The notes under the pieces were generated by a model, which had not been told where the DNA came from, ran no database searches, and saw only the letters and a program-made list of their open reading frames with translations. Positions 25,203 to 31,473 of a DNA stretch of 31,473 nt are shown in pieces. Both the position numbers and the translations under genes were made by a program. Source of the stretch: Bacteroidia bacterium (GTDB lineage Bacteria; Bacteroidota; Bacteroidia; M30B66); assembly GCA_040882555.1 (NCBI GenBank), contig JBBEBC010000147.1, positions 30,358 through 61,830 on the forward strand, read 5' to 3'. How positions within the stretch are numbered: the first letter of the stretch is position 1; every line of letters starts with the position of its first letter.

Positions 25203-26474
25203 CTACATCAAATCAAGTCCTATATCTTTTCTGTAATAAATGCCATCGTAACAAATCTTGTTAATCATAGCGTAGCTTCCTCTACGAGCTTCTTCAACTG
25301 AATCGCCTAATGAAGTGAAGGCCAATACTCTTCCGCCATTGGTAATTGTTTTGCCCTCCTTTTCAGCCGTTCCGGCATGAAAAACCAAACCTTCTCCTAC
25401 ATCTTCAAGACCAAGAATGTTCTTCCCTTTTTCATAATCTCCGGGGTAACCCCCGGAAACAGTAACCACGGTTAGGGCTGTTTTGGGATTAATTTTCAAA
25501 TCAACTTCAGATAGCTTGCCTTCAGCAAGAGCGTTGAAAACTTCCAGTATATCATTCTCAATTCTTGGCATCACTACTTCTGTTTCAGGGTCTCCCATTC
25601 TGCAGTTATATTCAACCACAAACGGCTCACCTTTTACATTCATAATTCCAACAAACAAAAAACCTTTATAGTCCAATCCGTCCTCAGCTAAACCTCGAAT
25701 GCTGGGTTCAACAATTCTCGTTCTTACCTTTTCCATGAAAGCCTCATCACAAAATGGCACTGGAGAAACAGCTCCCATTCCGCCAGTATTTAAACCGGTA
25801 TCCTTTTCTCCAATTCTCTTATAGTCCTTCGCTTCAGGCAAGATCTTATATTCTTTGCCATCAGTAAGAACAAAAACAGAGCACTCAATGCCATGCATAA
25901 ACTCCTCAATAACTACAACATTACCTGCGGCTCCAAATTTCCCACCAAGCATATCTTCCAACTCTTGTTCAGCCGCCTCTAGTGTTTCTGGTATTACAAC
26001 ACCTTTACCAGCCGCCAAGCCTGATGCCTTTAGCACATAAGGAGCCTCCATCGTTTTAAGAAAAGCTTTTCCACTATCCAGACTGTCTGGAGTAAAGCTA
26101 GAATAAGCCGCAGTTGGTATTCCATGCTTTAACATGAATTCTTTAGAAAAATCCTTGCTTCCTTCTAGTTGAGCGCCAGATTTCGTGGGACCAATAATTT
26201 TTATATTCTCTGTTTGAGGCTTAGACCTTAGATAATCAACCAAGCCATTTACTAGAGGATCTTCAGGACCAATAACAAGCATATCTATTGCCTTTGCAGA
26301 AATTGCTTTTGCGATAGCCTCAAAATCCTTGATATTTATATCAAGGTTCTCACCAACAGAGGCAGTGCCAGCATTACCTGGAGCTATGAATAGTTTTGTT
26401 AAATGAGTGCTTTCGGAGATTTTAAAAGCTATTGCATGTTCTCTTCCACCAGATCCTAAAAGAAGTAAGTTCAT
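25203..26474 (-). CDS. purD: Phosphoribosylamine--glycine ligase
   Basis: It carries PurD ATP-grasp motifs throughout. The track starts at an upstream TTG (26516). The ATG giving MNLLLLGSGGREHAIAFK (about 26474) matches the canonical PurD N-terminus. Confidence 0.9.
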   Translation of the reverse strand: MNLLLLGSGGREHAIAFKISESTHLTKLFIAPGNAGTASVGENLDINIKDFEAIAKAISAKAIDMLVIGPEDPLVNGLVDYLRSKPQTENIKIIGPTKSGAQLEGSKDFSKEFMLKHGIPTAAYSSFTPDSLDSGKAFLKTMEAPYVLKASGLAAGKGVVIPETLEAAEQELEDMLGGKFGAAGNVVVIEEFMHGIECSVFVLTDGKEYKILPEAKDYKRIGEKDTGLNTGGMGAVSPVPFCDEAFMEKVRTRIVEPSIRGLAEDGLDYKGFLFVGIMNVKGEPFVVEYNCRMGDPETEVVMPRIENDILEVFNALAEGKLSEVDLKINPKTALTVVTVSGGYPGDYEKGKNILGLEDVGEGLVFHAGTAEKEGKTITNGGRVLAFTSLGDSVEEARRGSYAMINKICYDGIYYRKDIGLDLM

Positions 26475-26515
26475 GCTCGCAAATTCGGAGTTTTTATTCA
26501 GTGTTGAAAGTCTCA

Positions 26516-27601
26516 ATGAATGAATTAATTTGGCTAAAACATTTATCTATGAACCTCAGTAATACAATGCAATCTCTTGTTTTTGCTCTTATCGCTGTAG
26601 GAATCTTTTATTCTTGCTCAAGTGTTCAGGTTGCTAAGAGACAACATCGCCCAGGTTGGCATGTCGATTTTTCTTCGAATGCTAAGTCAAATCAAAAGCA
26701 ATCAAAACCTGATATAAAGCAGAATGCTATAGAGCCAGAAAGGGAATCTTCAGCTAGTATCGAATCAACGAATGAGTTATCTCTACTATCCGAGCAAGAA
26801 ATAACCCATTCTAACCAGACTCTTTCTGAAGTATCTGGAAATGAAATTAAAAGGAAAGAAGCCGCTCCTGAAAATAATACTCCAAATAGAAATTCACTAG
26901 CTAAAACTCAAGAAACAAAAGCCCAGAATGAAAAGTCTAAATCCAATTTCCCCTGGTCGAGCTTGCTGCTTTTCGGTCCAGCCATAGCACTCGGATTTCC
27001 GTTTAAAAGAGTTTCTAGATGGGGTGCACAAAATAAATTACTTGCCCAAATAAGTATTGCTGGAGCATCTGTTCTTTTAGGAGTTGCATCCTTTTATGCA
27101 GGAGTTCACCTAAGAGATTCATTTGCTGATTCTTCATCTGCAATAGGAGGGATTGCCATTTCTATGGCACTTGTAAGTGCGTTGATTTACCCATTTGGAA
27201 AGGCAAGTGCAACCGGCTACGCTTTCAGGAAAACTTTAGATGCAGCCTTATTAGTATCTGGTGTTGTTAGCTTTTTTAGCCTAGGCCTTAACTCTAGTTT
27301 TCAGCCCTTTAATTTTTTCAGCCCTCCGGATCCTAGTCAAACAAATACATGGTTGATCTTGGCTGAAATTGGGTTGATTTTGCTTGCTTTAGCCGTGTTT
27401 TTTATTCTCATGGTTCTTCTAATTGCACTTGCATGCAATCTCAGCTGCGCTGGAAATGTTGTTGCTGGGACTATAGTCAGTATTGGAGGAGTGTTAATCT
27501 TGTTAACTCTATTAGTCTTGGCAATTAGAGCAATTCACAGGGGACTTAAAAAGAAACGAGAACGCTTTAGTCATGATGAAGAGTTTGAACCACTTAAATA
27601 G
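26516..27601 (+). CDS. Hypothetical lipoprotein-like membrane protein: signal/lipobox-like N-terminus, ~130-aa low-complexity S/E/N/K/Q-rich linker, and a C-terminal domain with 4-5 TM helices
   Basis: The track ORF begins at 26432 inside purD. The plausible starts are the ATGs at about 26516, 26549 and 26567 (MQSLVFALIAVGIFYSCSS). I recognise no family. The 3' end overlaps the 3' end of ispD by 31 nt. Confidence 0.45.
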   Translation: MNELIWLKHLSMNLSNTMQSLVFALIAVGIFYSCSSVQVAKRQHRPGWHVDFSSNAKSNQKQSKPDIKQNAIEPERESSASIESTNELSLLSEQEITHSNQTLSEVSGNEIKRKEAAPENNTPNRNSLAKTQETKAQNEKSKSNFPWSSLLLFGPAIALGFPFKRVSRWGAQNKLLAQISIAGASVLLGVASFYAGVHLRDSFADSSSAIGGIAISMALVSALIYPFGKASATGYAFRKTLDAALLVSGVVSFFSLGLNSSFQPFNFFSPPDPSQTNTWLILAEIGLILLALAVFFILMVLLIALACNLSCAGNVVAGTIVSIGGVLILLTLLVLAIRAIHRGLKKKRERFSHDEEFEPLK

Positions 27602-28257
27602 AGCATTTCTGCGTACTGAAGGTCTTCCGGTGTAGTAATCTTGATGTTTTCAGTATTACCTTCAACTAAATTCATTGAATATCCAGCGCTTTCCATAACA
27701 GAAGCACAATCTGTAAAGTGCTCACTATAATTTTGTTGGAATGCCAATTTCATCTCGGAGACTCGAAAACACTGTGGTGTTTGCACTAAAACATAGTCTT
27801 CGCGATTTAATGCAAGCGATTTGCCTTCAGCATCAATTTTGCGAATTGAATCTTTTAGTGAAATAACGGGGATTGCATTTCCTTTTTCAGAGGCAGTCGA
27901 AAAAACCCTTTTAATTGTATCTGCACTTACAAAAGGTCTAACCCCATCATGAATAGCAACCATTCCTGATGGAATATTTGCAAGTCCGTTTTTTACTGAG
28001 TGAAATCTACTCTCGCCTCCTTCCACCAAATGATGCTTAATTTCAAAGGAAAACTCTTCAACAAGCTTTTTCCAGGTAGCATGGTGATTAGCAGGTAGAA
28101 CAAGAATAGGTTCGATTTGAGGGAATACTCTAGAAAATTGTTCCAGAGTATACATCAGCAATGGTTTTCCTGCAATTGTGAGGAATTGCTTAGGAAGAAC
28201 GCTTTTCATTCTAGAACCGCTTCCCCCTGCAACCACAATTACGTGGAAATCCTGCAT
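27571..28257 (-). CDS. ispD: 2-C-methyl-D-erythritol 4-phosphate cytidylyltransferase
   Basis: It has the IspD N-terminus (VIVVAGGSGSRMKSVLPKQFL) and a product of about 228 aa. Its ATG shares one nucleotide with the TGA of queA. Confidence 0.85.
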   Translation of the reverse strand: MQDFHVIVVAGGSGSRMKSVLPKQFLTIAGKPLLMYTLEQFSRVFPQIEPILVLPANHHATWKKLVEEFSFEIKHHLVEGGESRFHSVKNGLANIPSGMVAIHDGVRPFVSADTIKRVFSTASEKGNAIPVISLKDSIRKIDAEGKSLALNREDYVLVQTPQCFRVSEMKLAFQQNYSEHFTDCASVMESAGYSMNLVEGNTENIKITTPEDLQYAEMLYLSGSNSSS

Positions 28258-29306
28258 CACAAAATCAACATAGCATCGCCATAAGTGAAAAAGCGATATT
28301 CTTCTTTGATTGCTTGTCTGTAGGCTTCCATCAGAAAATCATGTCCCGCGAAAGCGGAAACCATAATCATCAATGTGCTCATTGGCATATGAAAGTTCGT
28401 TACCAAAGAATTGGCAACTCTGAATTCGTATGGAGGATAAATAAATTTATTCGTCCAACCTTCATAAGCTTTTAATTCACCCTCAGTAGAAACAGAACTT
28501 TCTATAGCACGCATCGTGGTAGTGCCCACAGCTACTATGTTTCCTTTTGCCAATTTTGAACTATTTACAATTTCAGCAGCTTCTTCAGAGACATACATCT
28601 CTTCACTGTCCATTTTGTGTTTGCTCAAGTCCTCAACTTCCACTGTGCGGAAACTTCCAAGACCAACATGCAATGTAACTTCAGCAAAGTTGATTCCCTT
28701 AAGTTCCATGCGCTTCATCAAGCTTTTGCTAAAGTGCAAACCAGCAGTAGGAGCGGCAACAGCACCTTCATTTTTCGCATATACCGTCTGAAAACGAACT
28801 TCATCTTCTTCATCCGGCTTGCGGTTGATGTATTTCGGAATAGGCGTTTCACCTAATGAATAAAGCACTTTCTTGAACTCTTCGTGTGGACCATCGAAAA
28901 GGAAACGTAAAGTTCTTCCTCTGGAAGTTGTGTTATCAATTACTTCAGCTACTAATGAATCATCTTCACCAAAATACAACTTATTACCAATACGAATCTT
29001 TCTTGCTGGATCAACCAAAACATCCCAAAGGCGACTTTCGGCGTTTAGTTCACGAAGAAGGAAAACTTCAATTTTAGCTCCTGTTTTCTCTTTGTTACCA
29101 TACATTCTGGCTGGGAAAACCTTTGTGTTATTGATTACAAAAGTATCTCCGTCTTCAAAATAGTCAAGAATATCCTTAAACATCTTATGCTCAATGGTTT
29201 TATCCTTGCGGTTCAATACCATAAGCCTAGATTCATCGCGGTTTACAACGGGACGATCTGCTACCAGCTCAGGGGGTAATTTGAATTTGAATTGAGATAA
29301 CTTCAT
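28257..29306 (-). CDS. queA: S-adenosylmethionine:tRNA ribosyltransferase-isomerase
   Basis: It has the canonical QueA N-terminus [20 protein letters not shown], which begins at the second Met (about 29306). The track adds 10 upstream codons. The product is about 349 aa. Confidence 0.9.
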   Translation of the reverse strand: MKLSQFKFKLPPELVADRPVVNRDESRLMVLNRKDKTIEHKMFKDILDYFEDGDTFVINNTKVFPARMYGNKEKTGAKIEVFLLRELNAESRLWDVLVDPARKIRIGNKLYFGEDDSLVAEVIDNTTSRGRTLRFLFDGPHEEFKKVLYSLGETPIPKYINRKPDEEDEVRFQTVYAKNEGAVAAPTAGLHFSKSLMKRMELKGINFAEVTLHVGLGSFRTVEVEDLSKHKMDSEEMYVSEEAAEIVNSSKLAKGNIVAVGTTTMRAIESSVSTEGELKAYEGWTNKFIYPPYEFRVANSLVTNFHMPMSTLMIMVSAFAGHDFLMEAYRQAIKEEYRFFTYGDAMLIL

Positions 29307-29483
29307 AAATGGGGCAAATAAGTAAATGGGCGGCAAAGGTAGTGAAAAAGCATTTCCAAATACGGTATCGTTTTCCTCTATTTTCTTGCTTTTAGCTAAA
29401 GGCGAGTAAACTCAACTATTGGATGTTCAAAAAATTAATCCCAACCCAAATTGTCATACACTCTTCTAGCGTTCTTTTGTAGA

Positions 29484-30392
29484 ATGAAGTGGATTTTATT
29501 TCTCCTGTTGCCAATTGTTTCTGTAGCTCAATCAAGGCAAACAGCTGCACAATACATCGAAAAGTACGAAGAAACGGCAAAAACTGAAATGCGACGCTAT
29601 GGAATACCTGCTTCCATTAAATTGGGACAAGGGATTCTTGAGTCATCTGCCGGAAACAGCGACCTTGCCATGGAAGCGAACAATCATTTTGGAATAAAAT
29701 GCAAAAAGGATTGGACTGGTCCGGCGTTTTATAAGGACGATGATGCAAAAGACGAATGCTTTAGGAAATACGAATCTGTGCTTGCTTCTTACGAAGATCA
29801 TTCTCAGTTTTTAAAGAATTCTTCAAGGTATGCTTCTTTATTTCTGCTGTCGCAGGATGATTATAAAGGCTGGGCTCATGGATTGAAGCAGGCTGGATAT
29901 GCTACAAACCCTAAATATGCCCAACTTCTTATTAAAACAATAGAGGAAAACCGCTTGTTTCAGTATGATACGGAGGTTTTAGCAAAGCCTTATGTACCAG
30001 AAAATTCTGAGCAGAAACTTAAAGATGTTGAAACTACTGTTTTGCCCATCAGTTCAAAACAGGAGATACTTTATAGGAATAATGTGAAGTATATCATCGC
30101 CAGAGATGGCGATACGCCTGAAACGTTGAGTGATAAATTCGATTTAATTCCATTTCAAATACCTCGTTACAATGATCTTGCTTCTGATGAATATAAGTTT
30201 AAGCCGGGTGAAGTTGTTTATCTACAGCCAAAACGTAATAAGGCCAAAGAGAAGATGGTGAAAGTAAAGGATGGGCAAAATCTAAGAGATATTTCTCAGG
30301 AGCATGCCATTAAAATCAAAAGCATCATTAAACTGAATAAGCTATCAGAGAATGCTACAATTTCTGCTGGTCAAGAACTGAGGCTGAGGTAG
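29484..30392 (+). CDS. Glucosaminidase (mannosyl-glycoprotein endo-beta-N-acetylglucosaminidase, FlgJ-like) domain protein with C-terminal LysM repeats
   Basis: It has a signal peptide (MKWILFLLLPIVSVAQS; the track start at 29451 is 11 codons further upstream), a glucosaminidase domain (YGIPASIKLGQGILESSAGNSDLA...NHFGIKC), and two LysM-like segments (YIIARDGDTPETLSDKF; VKVKDGQNLRDISQEHAI). Confidence 0.7.
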   Translation: MKWILFLLLPIVSVAQSRQTAAQYIEKYEETAKTEMRRYGIPASIKLGQGILESSAGNSDLAMEANNHFGIKCKKDWTGPAFYKDDDAKDECFRKYESVLASYEDHSQFLKNSSRYASLFLLSQDDYKGWAHGLKQAGYATNPKYAQLLIKTIEENRLFQYDTEVLAKPYVPENSEQKLKDVETTVLPISSKQEILYRNNVKYIIARDGDTPETLSDKFDLIPFQIPRYNDLASDEYKFKPGEVVYLQPKRNKAKEKMVKVKDGQNLRDISQEHAIKIKSIIKLNKLSENATISAGQELRLR

Positions 30393-30424
30393 ATTCTATT
30401 TTTGTTGTACTGATATACATGAGC

Positions 30425-31473
30425 CTATAGATTGTTAATGATGTCATCATCAACTTCGTTGGCTAATGTGATAGTAAGCTTTGGCTCAATCTCCATGGCT
30501 CTTTTGATTGCTGTTATTGCTTCCTTATTTCTAGCCCAGGCCCTACGCGCAATTCCATTATTCACATCCCAGTGAAGCATAGATTTTATCCTTCTGTCGC
30601 TATCTAAACTCCCATCGATCACCATTCCAAACCCACCATTCATTACTTCGCCCCAACCAACGCCTCCACCATTATGTAATGAAATCCATGTGGCTCCTCT
30701 AAATGCATCACCTGCAAAGTTTTGCACAGCCATATCCGCTGTAAAGCGAGAACCATCATAAATATTTGAAGTTTCTCTGTAGGGAGAATCAGTGCCTGAA
30801 ACATCATGGTGGTCTCTTCCTAAAACAATGGGAGCACTCACTTTTCCACTCTCAATAGCTTGATTAAATCGCTCAGCAATTTTCATCCTCCCTTGAGCAT
30901 CTGCATAAAGAATTCGTGCTTTAGAGCCTACCACTAGCTTATTCTGCTTGGCAGATTTTATCCAATTGAGGTTGTCTCGAATTTGTCCTTTAATATCTTC
31001 TGGAGCATCCACTAAAAGCTCCTCCAGCACTTCTGTTGCAATTCTATCTGTTTCATCCAAATCGGCATCCTTACCAGAGCAGCAAACCCATCTGAAAGGA
31101 CCAAAACCGTAATCGAAACACATGGGACCAAGAATATCTTGTACATATGAAGGGTATCTAAATTCTTCGGTTGTGCCTTTCACATCTGCTCCGGCTCTTG
31201 AGGCTTCGAGTAAAAACGCGTTGCCATAATCAAAGAAATACATCCCTTTTTCAGAAAGAGCATTCACTGCTTTAGCATGTCTTTTTAAACTTTTATATAC
31301 CTCATCATGAAACCGCTCAGGGTTTTCGGCCATCATAGTATTAGATTCTTCCAAACTGTAGCCAACAGGATAATAGCCACCTGCAAAGGGATTATGCAAT
31401 GAAGTTTGGTCAGAACCTATATCAACACGGATATCTTCTTTTAGCAGTTCTTCCCACAAGTCGATGATATTTC
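30425..31473 (-). CDS. hutU: Urocanate hydratase, C-terminal ~350 aa (5' end beyond the window)
   Basis: It shows strong similarity to the HutU C-terminal half (DQTSLHNPFAGGYYPVG; GPFRW; SAPIVLGRDHHDVSGTDSPYRETS; GATWISLHNGGGVGWG). The ORF is open to the window edge. The M at 31459 in the track is internal. Confidence 0.85.
   Translation of the reverse strand, partial: NIIDLWEELLKEDIRVDIGSDQTSLHNPFAGGYYPVGYSLEESNTMMAENPERFHDEVYKSLKRHAKAVNALSEKGMYFFDYGNAFLLEASRAGADVKGTTEEFRYPSYVQDILGPMCFDYGFGPFRWVCCSGKDADLDETDRIATEVLEELLVDAPEDIKGQIRDNLNWIKSAKQNKLVVGSKARILYADAQGRMKIAERFNQAIESGKVSAPIVLGRDHHDVSGTDSPYRETSNIYDGSRFTADMAVQNFAGDAFRGATWISLHNGGGVGWGEVMNGGFGMVIDGSLDSDRRIKSMLHWDVNNGIARRAWARNKEAITAIKRAMEIEPKLTITLANEVDDDIINNL

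Noticed and set aside
26455-26465. Apparent frameshift at a poly-A run spanning the 26460/26461 line junction
   Set aside because: By hand I counted five A residues where the track translations of both purD and the 389-aa ORF imply four. The track was computed from the sequence and both ORFs close correctly at their far ends. This is most likely my own reading error, so I have not called a frameshift or pseudogene.
1-31473. Remaining short antisense or overlapping ORFs in the track (e.g. 1543..1728, 1640..1834, 3020..3304, 4096..4278, 5767..5995, 9359..9544, 10967..11191, 11491..11727, 12311..12523, 17119..17601, 18142..18324, 18630..18851, 19942..20360, 21351..21593, 21923..22159, 22603..22803, 23689..23883, 25483..25671, 25855..26040, 28516..29163)
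   Set aside because: Each is 60-100 aa and fully embedded in, or antisense to, a well-supported conserved gene. They have no recognisable motifs and compositionally odd products. These are standard shadow ORFs.
1-31473. tRNA, tmRNA, RNase P RNA, SRP RNA and CRISPR arrays
   Set aside because: I scanned for T-loop GTTCGAATCC/GTTCAAATCC-type motifs, RNase P GGAAAGTCCGGGCT, SRP AGGAAGCAGC and short regularly spaced repeats. I found none. The only GAAAGTCC-like string is minus-strand inside the repeat arm and lacks the RNase P context.

Overview
This is a chromosomal segment from a Bacteroidota genome, probably Flavobacteriia or a related class. Supporting signs are genes without Shine-Dalgarno sequences, TAnnTTTG promoter motifs (the -7 box typical of Bacteroidetes), a T9SS C-terminal sorting domain, separate nuoC and nuoD genes, and roughly 40% GC. 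Almost all of the window is housekeeping genes. They are: nuoA-B-C-D-E (minus strand; nuoE runs off the window start), a T9SS-secreted protein, a TPR protein, a stand-alone TonB-receptor plug protein, rplU-rpmA, an MltD-like LysM lytic transglycosylase, a large unannotated membrane protein, gatA, tatA, tatC, a small HTH-like protein, a trans-sulfuration PLP enzyme, a DUF456 protein, an SDR epimerase, a 2Fe-2S ferredoxin, a beta-helix lipoprotein, pfkA, a fatty-acid desaturase, an MtfA-like peptidase, an NfeD-flotillin pair, purD, a lipoprotein-like membrane protein, ispD, queA, a glucosaminidase-LysM protein, and the C-terminal half of hutU (runs off the window end). I found no tRNA or rRNA genes, no CRISPR array, no transposase or integrase, and no recognisable defence system. 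The only region that annotation does not explain is a gene-free interval of about 940 nt (16128..17066). It holds two 136-nt direct repeats with mosaic conservation, and between them a dense cluster of hairpins. That is my best candidate for something undescribed, such as a tandem or large structured ncRNA. I corrected several start codons in the ORF track where N-terminal extensions pass through upstream signal-less sequence. Coordinates of hand-derived sites such as promoters and hairpins may be off by 1 nt.
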